From contig CAXXUA010000004.1 of the NCBI GenBank assembly GCA_963663765.2, forward strand, positions 992,001 to 1,056,000: DNA of 64,000 nucleotides. The letters run 5' to 3'. Of the stretch, positions 41,433-52,546 are shown in pieces. The first letter of the stretch is position 1. Every line of letters starts with the position of its first letter. The DNA is from Candidatus Poribacteria bacterium (lineage in GTDB: Bacteria; Poribacteria; WGA-4E; WGA-3G). The notes below the pieces were generated by a model. It was given only the letters and a program-made list of their open reading frames with translations, was not told where the DNA came from and ran no database searches. A program made the translations under genes and the position numbers.

Positions 41433-44400
41433 TCACTCTATAGTGTCGTTTGTGTCATAGGCGTTGTTAAATATACCATCTGGTCTTGCTTCCTGTGTAT
41501 GGTTTTTCAGATCTGTTTTCCCTTCTAAACGCAATCCGTAAGTGCGACCGGGTAATTCAATTTTAATACTTTGAGTTAATTCCATAATTTCTGTTGGACT
41601 AAGTACTCTGTTATAGATGCGGATTTCATCAATTAGACCTTTCCATGATTTTCCTTGATCTTTGCTCCCGCGTCCGATTAATAATTCTTTGACACCTGTG
41701 ATAGTGCCGTGTGTTGCGGGACTATTAAATGTAGGTTGATCTAGTATTCCGTTAATGTATAGTGTCAATCCTCTGCCGTTACGCCATGTCAATGTAAGGT
41801 GTTGCCAATCTTTTGTCTGTAGATTGCTTGCGCTTTCGTAGGACTGCATACCATCTGTTGATGTAATACCTGCTTTAATAACATTATTACCGCCACCTAA
41901 TGAGCCTTTATCGTCATACCGTAGGCTAAATATCTCATCTTCGCCGTTAGGGTTTTTTGGGAAAATGAGACCTCTGTCGGTGTTGATTGAATCAGATTTT
42001 ATCCACAGGCTAAGAGTAAATGCGTCAAGACCGTTTATATCGTTTCTGGCTTTTGGGACATCAACCCCGTCGCTGTTACCATCAAATCGGACTGCGCCAC
42101 CAATGACTCCTTCATTTGGTTCGAAGCTTGCTCCGTTTTGAAGCGTGCCGTTGTTGTCTCCACGTGCATCGGCAGTGTTGTTGCCATCAGTTTCATTAAA
42201 TTTCCAATGACTTATCAACCCGTCGTTCAAATTTCTATCATCCTTAGAACCGGAAGAAATAAAAACTATAGTTGTGTGTTCTTTGGTTTTTGCGTTATCA
42301 CCTTGCGAAGTGGCATTGACTGTAATAGCATAATCACCGATTTCAGCAAACGCGTTGCTGGGGAAGGTCAAATTCACGACTGAAGACTCACGTGGAGCAA
42401 GTGTGATAGCAGTTTGACTAAATGTTCCTATTGCATCCCCGGATGTATTCAGAAGTATTGTATCGTTTGTGTTGCCGGTGTTAGTGATTTTTATGGGATA
42501 TTCTATTCCAGTATTTTCAAGCTGCCCTTCAATTGTTAATCCGTTCACACCATCCATGATGAAATCATAAGTAGGATTAACTGTTGTATTTATGCTGATT
42601 TTAACGGTTTTTGTGCGATCACCTTGAGATGTGGCATTGATATTGACAGCATATTCATCTGCAAGTGCAAGTGTCTCCTTTGGAACTGTTAATGTCGTGG
42701 TTTTTGACGTACCGGGAGCAAGCTTTACCGAAGTACTGTTTAACTTTGCATCGGGATGTCCTGATTTTGTTAAGTGTATCGTGTCCATTATGTTGCCTGT
42801 GTTTGTAACTGTAAGTGTATATACAAGATCCGCACCTGGGTCGACTAGTTCAGTGTTCACTTTGGTAGCAGCAGTTAATGTGACCCCGCGATTGTTAGTA
42901 GTATTTGGGTTTATATAAGGTAAATTTGTGATCTCTTTATCACTCAGAACCCTATTGTAAAGACGGACATCGTCAATCAATCCATCCCATGCACGGTTTC
43001 TATCTTTACCACCTCTGCCGATGAGTAGTCTGTCAACATTGGTGATAGTGCCTTTAACTGCGGGTTGAATAAATGAGGGTCTATTCAAATTACCATTGAT
43101 ATATAGTTTGATTGATTTGCCGCTCTTCCATGTAAACGCAAGATGTTGCCATTTTGTGGTTTGCACGTTTCCGGAACTCTCAATGATGTGTGAACCATCT
43201 GTCGTTGTAATTCCAGCCTTTATGACATTCCTTTTACTGCTATTGTAGGCATCTTTGTCATAGCGGAACCCAAAGAATTCATCTTTGCCGTTAGGTGTTC
43301 TGCCGTTTATAAAACCTCGATCTGTGTCAGTTTGATTAGATTTCACCCATAGGCATAGCGTAAAAGCACTCAATCCGTTGATGAGTTCAGCACTATTCTT
43401 GACAGTTGCAAATTGCTTACTACCATCAATCTGCATTGCTCCGCCAATTTTACCTATTTTAGATTCCAAGATCGCACCATCACTAAGACGTGCATAGCGG
43501 TTGGTGCCGCTTCCATCAAATACATATTTCCCAGTACCCTCATCAAATGTCCAATAACCGATTAACCCGTCATTTGCATCTGGTCTCTCCACAGAGATGT
43601 CCAATACCATAGAAGGTTCAATATCATTAAATGAAAACCAACCTGGGTATCTTGCGTTCCCATTTTTATCAACAGTTTGTACATTTACCCTGTTACGATC
43701 TACCGTTGACATGTCAAGATGAACTACTGCTCTCTCACCGGTTAGCGTCGCGCAGCTATGTTGATGCAAGGTTTGGTGCAGAAATCGGACGTGGTAGAGT
43801 CCATCCTGATCAATTATTTCAAAAAAAGCGTGGAGATTATCGGTAGGATATGCGATCGTTGAAAACACGTTTATCTTCACACCGTTTTCAATTTCACTGA
43901 TTTTACCACCGTTGAAATAGGGATTGAAATTCAACCATTCCGCTGCACATTGAGATAATCCGTTTGTTGGACCACCCATAATACCACCATCAGGCCGGTA
44001 ATCATGTTGTAGGACAAAATTGTGACCGAGTTCATGAGCAACCACCTGCCACCTATAACACTGTCCATTTGCGGGAACAAGTGAACGTCTACCTGTAAGT
44101 GCCAGTCCACATGCATTTCCTAATGTGCCACTACCATGATCCATGAAAACAAGTAAGACGGTATTACGTGTTTGAATTCTACGTACAAGTTGTTCATCAA
44201 AACAGCTGAGTGGCCACTTTCGGTAAACTTCAGCATTTTTCTTGCCAATGACGTGATGTATCAAGACATTACCATTTGCATCAGGTTCATATTTAAACGT
44301 CTTTCTTCCGAATCCATACTTTTCCATATAGTCAGCGTAGAACTTTTGTACTTTTTGGACGGTATCGCTGATGCTTGCGTCTATACCTTGGCGGACTTCA

Positions 44401-44525
44401 CGGTCTTTTGGCAAAAAATAGACTGTTCTGACTATATATTCTTCTGGAGCTGCTTCTTGTGCATTGCTGTCAAACGGTAAAGCTAAGAACATTGATATGA
44501 TGAGAAACAAACATAAAGATTTCAT
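41433..44525 (-). CDS. Secreted zincin metallopeptidase with two LamG domains and Ig-like repeats; probably 3'-truncated
   Basis: Signal peptide; 'AHELGHNF.L.HD'; two 'GLI.(Y/H)W.F.E...W.HL..TW...LYING...W.GLID..R.YNRVLS'; 'TNTGN..DTI.L' repeats. Confidence 0.85.
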   Translation of the reverse strand: MKSLCLFLIISMFLALPFDSNAQEAAPEEYIVRTVYFLPKDREVRQGIDASISDTVQKVQKFYADYMEKYGFGRKTFKYEPDANGNVLIHHVIGKKNAEVYRKWPLSCFDEQLVRRIQTRNTVLLVFMDHGSGTLGNACGLALTGRRSLVPANGQCYRWQVVAHELGHNFVLQHDYRPDGGIMGGPTNGLSQCAAEWLNFNPYFNGGKISEIENGVKINVFSTIAYPTDNLHAFFEIIDQDGLYHVRFLHQTLHQHSCATLTGERAVVHLDMSTVDRNRVNVQTVDKNGNARYPGWFSFNDIEPSMVLDISVERPDANDGLIGYWTFDEGTGKYVFDGSGTNRYARLSDGAILESKIGKIGGAMQIDGSKQFATVKNSAELINGLSAFTLCLWVKSNQTDTDRGFINGRTPNGKDEFFGFRYDKDAYNSSKRNVIKAGITTTDGSHIIESSGNVQTTKWQHLAFTWKSGKSIKLYINGNLNRPSFIQPAVKGTITNVDRLLIGRGGKDRNRAWDGLIDDVRLYNRVLSDKEITNLPYINPNTTNNRGVTLTAATKVNTELVDPGADLVYTLTVTNTGNIMDTIHLTKSGHPDAKLNSTSVKLAPGTSKTTTLTVPKETLALADEYAVNINATSQGDRTKTVKISINTTVNPTYDFIMDGVNGLTIEGQLENTGIEYPIKITNTGNTNDTILLNTSGDAIGTFSQTAITLAPRESSVVNLTFPSNAFAEIGDYAITVNATSQGDNAKTKEHTTIVFISSGSKDDRNLNDGLISHWKFNETDGNNTADARGDNNGTLQNGASFEPNEGVIGGAVRFDGNSDGVDVPKARNDINGLDAFTLSLWIKSDSINTDRGLIFPKNPNGEDEIFSLRYDDKGSLGGGNNVIKAGITSTDGMQSYESASNLQTKDWQHLTLTWRNGRGLTLYINGILDQPTFNSPATHGTITGVKELLIGRGSKDQGKSWKGLIDEIRIYNRVLSPTEIMELTQSIKIELPGRTYGLRLEGKTDLKNHTQEARPDGIFNNAYDTNDTIE

Positions 44526-44564
44526 GGTTTATCTCCTTGTGATTTATGAGTTTTCAATGTGTAT

Positions 44565-45392
44565 TTAGGTTTTGTTCATATCTAATTCGGACATGGACCT
44601 TAGGTTTAGAAGCGGAGTCATGACACCACCGGATGCGGGAAGGACAACGCCAGTATCGTAAAGTTGCATTGCAGCGATGGTTGCATGTGCCACGTCTTCT
44701 GGTGTGCCGGGACGCACCATAAAGATATAGCCTTTGTCTGCTGCTTCTTCGTAGTCTGGGATGCGGACACGCGATAGATCTGTATTGATCACACCTGCAG
44801 CGATGCCATTGACTTTGATGTTGTGTGATGCTAACCTTCCCGCATAGGCTCGCATGCTCATTTCTAATCCAGCTTTTGAAATACAGTATGCAGTGCGGTT
44901 GTCGGATGCCATCGTGTCGGAGATTGAGAGAGTGTAAATAATGCATCCGGGTATTTCATTTTCTATCATGTAATTTGCGACGCGTTGGGTCAGAAAGTGT
45001 GGTGCCTTTAGGTTCGTGTTCAGTAGCAGGTCAAACTGTTCAGGTGTTTCCTGCAGAATGTCAGCGATGCGTGTGATTCCTGCGTTGTTTATTAGTATAT
45101 TTACTTTTCCGAATGCATTGTGTGCAGTTTCAAGTATTTTTGCATGTGTGTTTAAGTCGCTGATATCTGCTTGGATGATTACCGCTTGTCTATCAAACGA
45201 TTCTACTTCATGTTTGACTGCTTCGGCTGCTTCACGATTCTGATTGTAGTTGATGAGGACATTTGCGCCTTGTCGTGCTAATTCAATGGCGATTGCACGT
45301 CCGATACCTCTGCTGGCTCCAGTTACGATTGCAGCACTGTCTTCAAATGAAACATTTGTCGTGAAGAAACCGAGTTCAGTGTGTGTTGACAT
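44565..45392 (-). CDS. Short-chain dehydrogenase/reductase (FabG-like SDR)
   Basis: 'TGASRGIG', 'NNAGI', catalytic 'YCISK'. Confidence 0.93.
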   Translation of the reverse strand: MSTHTELGFFTTNVSFEDSAAIVTGASRGIGRAIAIELARQGANVLINYNQNREAAEAVKHEVESFDRQAVIIQADISDLNTHAKILETAHNAFGKVNILINNAGITRIADILQETPEQFDLLLNTNLKAPHFLTQRVANYMIENEIPGCIIYTLSISDTMASDNRTAYCISKAGLEMSMRAYAGRLASHNIKVNGIAAGVINTDLSRVRIPDYEEAADKGYIFMVRPGTPEDVAHATIAAMQLYDTGVVLPASGGVMTPLLNLRSMSELDMNKT

Positions 45393-45409
45393 GATGTGTT
45401 ACTCCTATT

Positions 45410-46089
45410 TAACGAGTTGTGCTAAATAACTATATGTTAATCATTGTTTCACATAAGCATGACGTTTTGCAGGTGTCCTTCATAGTTTGAAACGATCTTC
45501 AGTCCCGACAAATGCCATACGGGGAATGCCTAAATGGCATTCATACCGTTGATTTGGCGTTGATTTGGTAGGGACGATATGTTTATAGAAAACGTCATAG
45601 TACATCCTCTTTAGTCCCGACAAATGCCATACGCGCATTTGGCGTTGATTTGGTAGGGACGATATGTTTATTGAAAACGTCATAGTACATCCTCTTTAGT
45701 CCCGACAAATGCCATACGCGCATTTGGCGTTGATTTGGTAGGGACGATATGTTTATTGAAAACGTCATAGTACATTCTCTTTAGTCCCGACAAATGCCAT
45801 ACGCGCATTTGGCGTTGATTTGGTAGGGACGATATGTTTATTGAAAACGTCATAGTACATCCTCTTTAGTCCCGTAGGGACGATATGTTTATTGAAAACG
45901 TCATAGTACATCCTCTTTAGTCCCGTAGGGACGATATGTTTATTGAAAACGTCATAGTACATCCTCTTTAGTCCCGACAAATGCCATACGCGCATTTGGC
46001 GTTGATTTGGTAGGGACGATATGTGTGCATTATAAACCTAATATATGTAAAAACTTTGAAAACAATGGGTTAACTGGCACAAGTCGTTA
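45410..46089. repeat. MITE shell (TAACGAGTTGTGC...GCACAAGTCGTTA) with tandem family C REP units (TTTAGTCCCGTAGGGACGATATG)
   Basis: 51-bp basic unit, 85 bp when carrying a 34-bp hairpin insert; related shells at about 61411-61890. Confidence 0.8.
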
Positions 46090-47058
46090 TTTAGTATCTT
46101 CCTTACGTTGCTTGAGAGAAATGGTGAACAAATTGAGATCATCGGATACGATCTGAAAGAGTTTTTCTATATTTTTTGCATGTTCCTCCGTATTTTCATA
46201 GATCAACTCATCAGCATAAATGTTGTTGACCTTGTGTCGAAATTCCAATAGGGGTGTCAATAATCGGAGAGCATCCTGTGATATTACAGGTTGTCTTTCA
46301 AGTCGTTGATTTGCCATCTGTTCAAGTAGGTCTTTATGCCATCTGCTACCGCGAGGTAAATGTGCATCTACCTCGTTGGCGATTCGCTCAAAAATACGTT
46401 CAAAACCCATATATACATCTGTGAGTCGAGTTGTAATTGTTTCTTCTATATATTGCTTGTAGGTATCTGGAGCAATGTTAATATCTTCCAATGCTTTCAC
46501 AATAGAGGTTACGGTAGATTCAATTTTTACGCATTCATCGTCAATACGTTGTGTAAGTTTTTTTCGGTTTATTTCGTATATTTCTTCAGCGACGATAGGC
46601 GTATCTTGACTTTGTATGTGTTTATAGAGTGTCTTCCATATTGTTAGTGGTTTCCCTTTTTTTATATGAATTGTTTGTTGATTAACTCTTTCCCGGAATA
46701 GTCCTTTTGTTGTATCAAAGTTGATAAGGTCTATTTTGAACCCTGTTTTTAGGTCCATGACTTTGCTGTTTGCTTTTGAATGGATTTTTTCGGGTAGTCC
46801 GCTTACTGCGATATCAATATCGGAAGCATCTGTGAACCCCAAAGGTTCTGATAGGGAACCGAAGACAGCAACGTGCGATGCGTCAAATTCATCATATAGG
46901 AGTTGAGCGATTTCATAAGCAGTTTTCCATGCGCGTTGCAGTAGTTCCTCATCAGGTTTTCTGCTATACCATCGTTCCTTTAGTTGCTTTCGGCAGGCTT
47001 CGAGTTCTTCTGAGGACATCTCTATAGTTGATTGTGTAATGTTTTTTGTCTGATACAT
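46087..47058 (-). CDS. Fused MNT nucleotidyltransferase - HEPN (HepT-like) protein, copy 3
   Basis: 'VFGSL.......SDIDIAV' (GSx10DxD) plus '[13 protein letters not shown]...P.G..WHK.LL.QM', 'FRHKVNNIY'. Confidence 0.88.
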   Translation of the reverse strand: MYQTKNITQSTIEMSSEELEACRKQLKERWYSRKPDEELLQRAWKTAYEIAQLLYDEFDASHVAVFGSLSEPLGFTDASDIDIAVSGLPEKIHSKANSKVMDLKTGFKIDLINFDTTKGLFRERVNQQTIHIKKGKPLTIWKTLYKHIQSQDTPIVAEEIYEINRKKLTQRIDDECVKIESTVTSIVKALEDINIAPDTYKQYIEETITTRLTDVYMGFERIFERIANEVDAHLPRGSRWHKDLLEQMANQRLERQPVISQDALRLLTPLLEFRHKVNNIYADELIYENTEEHAKNIEKLFQIVSDDLNLFTISLKQRKEDTK

Positions 47059-47074
47059 TATTTTAGACCTTTTG

Positions 47075-48028
47075 TTATTGTGTTAGAGCGTTTGTGAAAG
47101 AGAATAGTTCCCTTGAAACTGTGTCAATAAGTGTTTGGATTTCTTGTGCATGTTGCAATGTATTCTCATACTTTAATTCTCTGCCGTATATGTTGTTTAC
47201 TTTGTGTCGGAATTCTAATAGTCTTTCTAATAGGAGACCTGTGTATTCAGATATTACAGGAGGTCTTTCTGGACGATCTTTTGTCATCTGTTCAAGTAGG
47301 TTTTTGTGCCATCTGCTACCGCGAGGCAAATGTGCGTCTACCTCGTTGGCGATTCGCTCAAAAATACGTTCAAATCCGCTATAAATATCGGCAAGGTCAG
47401 TTGCTATTGTATTTTCTATAAATTCAACGACATCCTGTGAAACAGTCTCTATTGTATCTAATCCTCTCTGGATTCTTGACATTGTATCGTCTATTTTTGC
47501 AAGTTCATCGTTGATACGTTGTGTAAGTTTTTTTCGGTTTATTTCGTATATTTCTTCAGCGACGATAGGCGTATCTTGATATTGTATGTGTTTATAGAGT
47601 GTCTTCCATATTGTTAGTGGTTTCCCTTTTTTTATATGAATTGTTTGTTGTTGAACTCTTTCCCGGAATAGTCCTTTTGTTGTATCAAAGTTAATTAGGT
47701 CTATTTTGAACCCGGTTTTTAGGTCCATGACTTTGTTGTTTGCTTTTGAATGGATTTTATCGGGTAGTCCGCTAACTGCGATATCAATATCGGAAGCATC
47801 TGTGAAACCCAAAGGTTCTGATAGGGAACCGAAGACAGCAACGTGCGATGCGTCAAATTCATCATATAGGAGTTGAGCGATTTCATAAGCAGTTTTCCAT
47901 GCGCGTTGTAGTAGTTCCTCATCAGGTTTTCTGCTATACCATCGTTCCTTTAGTTGCTTTCGGCAGGCTGCGAGTTCTTCTGAGGACATCTCTATAGTTG
48001 ATTGTGTAATGTTTTTTGTCTGATACAT
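47075..48028 (-). CDS. Fused MNT-HEPN protein, copy 2
   Basis: Same motifs; tandem paralog. Confidence 0.88.
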   Translation of the reverse strand: MYQTKNITQSTIEMSSEELAACRKQLKERWYSRKPDEELLQRAWKTAYEIAQLLYDEFDASHVAVFGSLSEPLGFTDASDIDIAVSGLPDKIHSKANNKVMDLKTGFKIDLINFDTTKGLFRERVQQQTIHIKKGKPLTIWKTLYKHIQYQDTPIVAEEIYEINRKKLTQRINDELAKIDDTMSRIQRGLDTIETVSQDVVEFIENTIATDLADIYSGFERIFERIANEVDAHLPRGSRWHKNLLEQMTKDRPERPPVISEYTGLLLERLLEFRHKVNNIYGRELKYENTLQHAQEIQTLIDTVSRELFSFTNALTQ

Positions 48029-48032
48029 TTTT

Positions 48033-48977
48033 TTAGACCTTTTGTTTTTGTGTTAGAGCGTTTGTGAAAGAGAATAGTTCCCTTGAAACTGTGTCAATAA
48101 GTGTTTGGATTTCTTGTGCATGTTGCAATGTATTCTCATACTTTAATTCTCTGCCGTAAATGTTGTTTACTTTGTGTCGGAATTCTAATAGTCTTTCTAA
48201 TAGGAGACCTGTGTTTTCAGATATTACAAGTGGTCTTTCTGGACGATCTTTTGTCATCTGTTCAAGTAGGTTTTTGTGCCATCTGCTACCGCGAGGCAAA
48301 TGTGCGTCTACCTCGTTGGCGATTCGCTCAAAAATACGTTCAAATCCGCTATAAATATCGGCAAGGTCTGTTGCTATTGTATTTTCTATAAATTCTCTTG
48401 CTTGAAAAGGTAAGAATTTTATGCTTTCAAACCCTCTTTGAATTCTTACATGCGTATCATCTATTTTATTTAGTTCATCTTCAATTCGTTGTGTAAGTTT
48501 TTTTCGGTTTATTTCGTATATTTCTTCAGCGACGATAGGGGTATCTTGACTTTGTATGTGTTTATAGAGAGTCTTCCATATTGTTAGTGGTTCCCCTTTT
48601 TTTATATGAACATTTTGTTGTTGAACTCTTTCCCGGAATAGTCCTTTTGTTGTATCAAAGTTGATAAGGTCTATTTTGAACCCGGTTTTTAGGTCCATGA
48701 CCTTGTTGTTTGCTATTGAATGCGTTTTTTCAGAAAGTCCGCTTACTGCGATATCAATATCGGAAGCATTTGTGAAACCCAAAGGTTCTGATAGGGAACC
48801 GAAGACAGCAACGTGCGATGCGTCAAATTCATCATATAGGAGTTGTGCGATTTCATAAGCAGTTTTCCAAGCGCGTTGCAGTAGTTCCTCATCAGGTTTT
48901 CTGCTACTCCATCGTTCTTTTAGTTGCTTTCGGCAAGCTGCAAGTTGCTTTGGTGTCATTGTATTTTCTTTCGTCAT
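48033..48977 (-). CDS. Fused MNT-HEPN protein, copy 1
   Basis: Same motifs; start overlaps the oppF-like stop (ATGA). Confidence 0.88.
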   Translation of the reverse strand: MTKENTMTPKQLAACRKQLKERWSSRKPDEELLQRAWKTAYEIAQLLYDEFDASHVAVFGSLSEPLGFTNASDIDIAVSGLSEKTHSIANNKVMDLKTGFKIDLINFDTTKGLFRERVQQQNVHIKKGEPLTIWKTLYKHIQSQDTPIVAEEIYEINRKKLTQRIEDELNKIDDTHVRIQRGFESIKFLPFQAREFIENTIATDLADIYSGFERIFERIANEVDAHLPRGSRWHKNLLEQMTKDRPERPLVISENTGLLLERLLEFRHKVNNIYGRELKYENTLQHAQEIQTLIDTVSRELFSFTNALTQKQKV

Positions 48978-49978
48978 TGCGATACTCCCTTTAATTCTAA
49001 CGTATCACTCAAATGGCAAGCAACTTTAACATTTGGTGTTATTTCTTGAAGTTCGGGTGTCTCCTGTTTGCATATATCTGTTGCGTAGGGGCAGCGTGGA
49101 TGGAAATGGCAACCTGTTGGTGGATGGGCCGGATCTGGTACATCTCCTTCCAGTCGAATGAGTTGACGTTTGCGTTGCTGTTTTGGGTCTGGTAATGGAA
49201 CAGCAGAAATCAATGCCTCTGTGTAGGGATGTTTTGGTGTTTGATAAAGTGTTTGAGCATCACTTATTTCAACAATCTTACCGAGATACATGACTGCGAC
49301 GCGGTCGCTGATATGTCGGACGACACTGAGATCATGTGCGATAAAGATATAAGATAGTTGGAATTTTTCTCTGAGTTCCGTTAAAAGGTTGAGTATTTGT
49401 GCTTGCACGGACACATCAAGCGCGGAGACAGGTTCGTCTGCGACGATCAGTTCGGGTTGTAGAGCTAATGCGCGTGCGATACCGATACGTTGCCGTTGTC
49501 CTCCGCTGAATGCATGAGGGTAACGTTTCATGTCTTGTGATGTTAGACCAACAGATTCTAATAGTTGAACAATACTGTCTTTGAGTTCATTTCTCTTGAC
49601 AGTACGATTTATGCGTAAAGGTTCACTGACGATATCAGCGACTGTTTTTCTGGGGTTTAGAGAAGATTGCGGGTCTTGAAAAATCATCTGTATTCTCTGC
49701 CGATATTGACGCATCTGTTTTGTATTTAACTTCGCTAAATCAACTTGTTCATCTCCGAAAGTGAAGCTGCCTTCTGTAGGTGGGATTAGTCGTAGCAGAC
49801 ATCTGCTTGCGGTAGTTTTTCCGCATCCGCTTTCGCCGACGAGTCCAAGCGTTTCTCCACGTTGGACATCAAAACTAATACCGTCTACGGCTTTAACGTA
49901 TCCGATGGTACGGCGAAGAATCCCTTTTCGTATAGGGAAATACTTTCGTAGTTGATTGACTTCAAGCAGAGTCGGCAT
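48974..49978 (-). CDS. oppF: Oligopeptide/dipeptide ABC transporter ATPase (OppF/DppF)
   Basis: 'GESGCGKTT', '[12 protein letters not shown]', '[14 protein letters not shown]', 'HPYTEAL', 'GCHFHPRC'; likely start 'MPTLLEV'. Confidence 0.93.
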   Translation of the reverse strand: MPTLLEVNQLRKYFPIRKGILRRTIGYVKAVDGISFDVQRGETLGLVGESGCGKTTASRCLLRLIPPTEGSFTFGDEQVDLAKLNTKQMRQYRQRIQMIFQDPQSSLNPRKTVADIVSEPLRINRTVKRNELKDSIVQLLESVGLTSQDMKRYPHAFSGGQRQRIGIARALALQPELIVADEPVSALDVSVQAQILNLLTELREKFQLSYIFIAHDLSVVRHISDRVAVMYLGKIVEISDAQTLYQTPKHPYTEALISAVPLPDPKQQRKRQLIRLEGDVPDPAHPPTGCHFHPRCPYATDICKQETPELQEITPNVKVACHLSDTLELKGVSQ

Positions 49979-51038
49979 GGTTTTTTTCCTCGTAAAGCCA
50001 ACATCGGACAGCATGCTTTCCGTTTTTGGGTGAAGTTGTTTTTTGTATCTCAATATTCCTAAGTTCAGGCATCTTTTCACATATAGACATTTGTTCGGTG
50101 CAGCGTGGTTGGAAAGAACAGCCGGTTGGGAGTGCTAATGGGTGCGGGACAGTCCCCGGGATAGAGGACAGGGTCTTTTGCTGGTTTTCGCTGAGTGTTG
50201 GAATAGAGTTGAGTAAACCGCGCGTGTAAGGGTGTAAGGGGTTATAGAAGATTTCATCCACTGTGCCTTTTTCGACGACACGTCCAGCATACATCACAAC
50301 CACTTCGTCAGCCATATCAGCGATAATTCCTAAATCGTGTGTAATCAACATGATCGCCATACCTATTTCTGCTTGAAGTTCTTTCATGAGGGTGAGTACT
50401 TGTGCTTGTATGGTGACATCCAGTGCGGTAGTTGGTTCATCCGCGATGAGCAGTGCAGGTGCACAACAGAGTGCCATTGCGATCATCACGCGTTGTCGCA
50501 TTCCGCCGGAGAGTTGGTGTGGATATTCGTCAACGCGTTGTTCAGGAGCAGGAATACCGACGCGTGAAAGCATTTCAATTGCACGTTGCTTAGCCCATCT
50601 TGGTGGAGTTTTCAATCCTGTGCGTGTTAGAAATGGCACCTTTTCTCCTTGATGTAACACAATTGCTTCAGCGATCTGGTCTCCGACAGTATAAACGGGA
50701 TTTAGTGATGTCATTGGTTCTTGGAAGATGATAGCGATATCGTTTCCTCTGATTTCACGCATCAATTTGCTGCGTGGCGATACTTCTACTATATCCAATG
50801 GAGTATTATTTTCATCACGGTAAAACATGATATTGCCAGCTTCTATTCTGCCAGGATTTGGTACAAGTTGGAGCAGTGAAAGTCCTGTGACACTTTTTCC
50901 ACACCCACTTTCTCCGACAATGCCGACAGTTTTACCGCGTCCTATAGAGAAACTGACATCATGGACAGCATTCACGATTCCATCATCCGTTGGGAATACT
51001 GTTTTTAGGTTAGAAACTTCAAGTAGTGGTTGTTCCAA
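49962..51038 (-). CDS. oppD: Oligopeptide/dipeptide ABC transporter ATPase (OppD/DppD)
   Basis: '[10 protein letters not shown]', '[10 protein letters not shown]', '[12 protein letters not shown]', '[14 protein letters not shown]'. Confidence 0.93.
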   Translation of the reverse strand: MEQPLLEVSNLKTVFPTDDGIVNAVHDVSFSIGRGKTVGIVGESGCGKSVTGLSLLQLVPNPGRIEAGNIMFYRDENNTPLDIVEVSPRSKLMREIRGNDIAIIFQEPMTSLNPVYTVGDQIAEAIVLHQGEKVPFLTRTGLKTPPRWAKQRAIEMLSRVGIPAPEQRVDEYPHQLSGGMRQRVMIAMALCCAPALLIADEPTTALDVTIQAQVLTLMKELQAEIGMAIMLITHDLGIIADMADEVVVMYAGRVVEKGTVDEIFYNPLHPYTRGLLNSIPTLSENQQKTLSSIPGTVPHPLALPTGCSFQPRCTEQMSICEKMPELRNIEIQKTTSPKNGKHAVRCWLYEEKNHADSA

Positions 51039-51244
51039 TTTCTTGTCCTACAGCGTACATTTATGTTTGAGAATGTATATATATATATACAACTTACGCA
51101 CTAAACGGTAAGCGCGTTGGAAACCAAAAATATGCATAAAATTACATATTTTCGTCATAATCTTGATTAAAACATAAAAAATGCGTAAGTCTTGTATATA
51201 TTTTAACTGAAAAATGATCGATGGTCAACCTAATATCAGGGTTA

Positions 51245-51670
51245 GGGTGTGTAAAGTTTTGGTTACTGTGCCGTAGGGGCGGGGTCTCCCCGCCCCATAG
51301 GCGTCAATTTAAGAAAAAAGTGTTGGGTGTTTCTCTGGTGGGAGGGGTTTTCAACCCCGATTTGAGAGGAAAAGCGCATAAAATCGGGGTTGAAAACCCC
51401 TCCCACAAAAGGTCAAAATCCATAAATTGACGCTTATGAGGCGGGGAGACGCCGCCCCATAAGCGTCAATTTAAGAAAAAAGTGTTGGTGTTTCTCTGGT
51501 GGGAGGGGTTTTCAACCCCGATTTGAGAGGAAAAGCGCATAAAATCGGGGTTGAAAACCCCTCCCACAAAAGGTCAAAATCCATAAATTGACGCTTATGG
51601 GGCGGGGAGACGCCGCCCCTACGATGTCCATAGTTTCCTAACGTCAAGCAATACTTGATAAAAACTGGAC
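51245..51670. mobile_element. Composite MITE/REP element with duplicated inner unit
   Basis: GGGTGTGTAAAGTT end; GTAGGGGCGGGGTCTCCCCGCCC REP; two tandem CATA(G/A)GCGTCAATTTA...TAAATTGACGCTTATG units of about 160 bp. Confidence 0.72.
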
Positions 51671-51815
51671 GGTCTTCTTTAACAATACCTTCGCCATTTT
51701 TGAGTGCTTCAGTTGAATGAGTATATAGTGTTGATCTACCATTGCTCTGTGATATTGTTAGGATTATATAAATAAAAATAACTTCAGGTTTTCGTTGAAG
51801 TATTTTTTATCATAG

Positions 51816-52175
51816 CAGGGTTATTTAGTTTTAAGAGTTTTCTGTTATTGAGATTTACTGTAAGTTAATACCCAGGTTTGGTTTCCTAACCGAACTTTCT
51901 GCATCAGTTTTAGATTATTGAAAAATGAATATCGCTCTTTAGTCCCGTAGGGACGATATGTTTATAGAAAACGAATACCCTCCCCAGTTCTTTAGTCCCG
52001 TAGGGACGATATGTTTATTCTTCTATGTCGTTCCTACGGAACTCAAGAGGGATAGATAACATGTTTCTATAAACATATCGTCCCTACGGGACTAAAGAAC
52101 TGGACAAGATGGCAACACATAAAATTAACGACATAGCAAAATATTATCAAAAATATTGAAAACTGAATAACCCTG
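51816..52175. mobile_element. Non-autonomous ISAs1-type MITE (360 bp) with family C REP cargo
   Basis: Left TIR identical to the IS at 7623; right TIR AAAACTGAATAACCCTG; perfect 9-bp target duplication TTATCATAG (51807-51815, 52176-52184). Confidence 0.88.
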
Positions 52176-52359
52176 TTATCATAGCCTCTAATTTGACAAT
52201 AGAAATGACTATATCAGCAATCTGACAGAATAATTTATATGCACAATCTGGAAGAATGTGCTACAACTACCCGCATAATCTGGAAGAATGTCTATTATTG
52301 GCGAAGGTATTGCTTTAATAGTCAGGGTTTCTACAAAAACTTTACACATCCTTATATTA

Positions 52360-52480
52360 CAGGTTTATTCAGTTTTATGCATATTAGCTGTTTCCTGAGA
52401 AAATCGCGACCGGGAGGTCGCTCCTACCGAGTGGTTTCTTTTTTGAAAAATCCAAGACTTTGGAAAACTGAATAAACCTG
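52360..52480. mobile_element. Small ISAs1-type MITE (121 bp) with one family A REP
   Basis: TIR CAGGTTTATTCAGTTTT at both ends; flanks CTTATATTA/CGTACATTA (7 of 9 match). Confidence 0.7.
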
Positions 52481-52546
52481 CGTACATTACGTACCCCTTG
52501 ATAGTCTATGTCAAATATGATATACTTCCATATAAGGAGTATTCTC

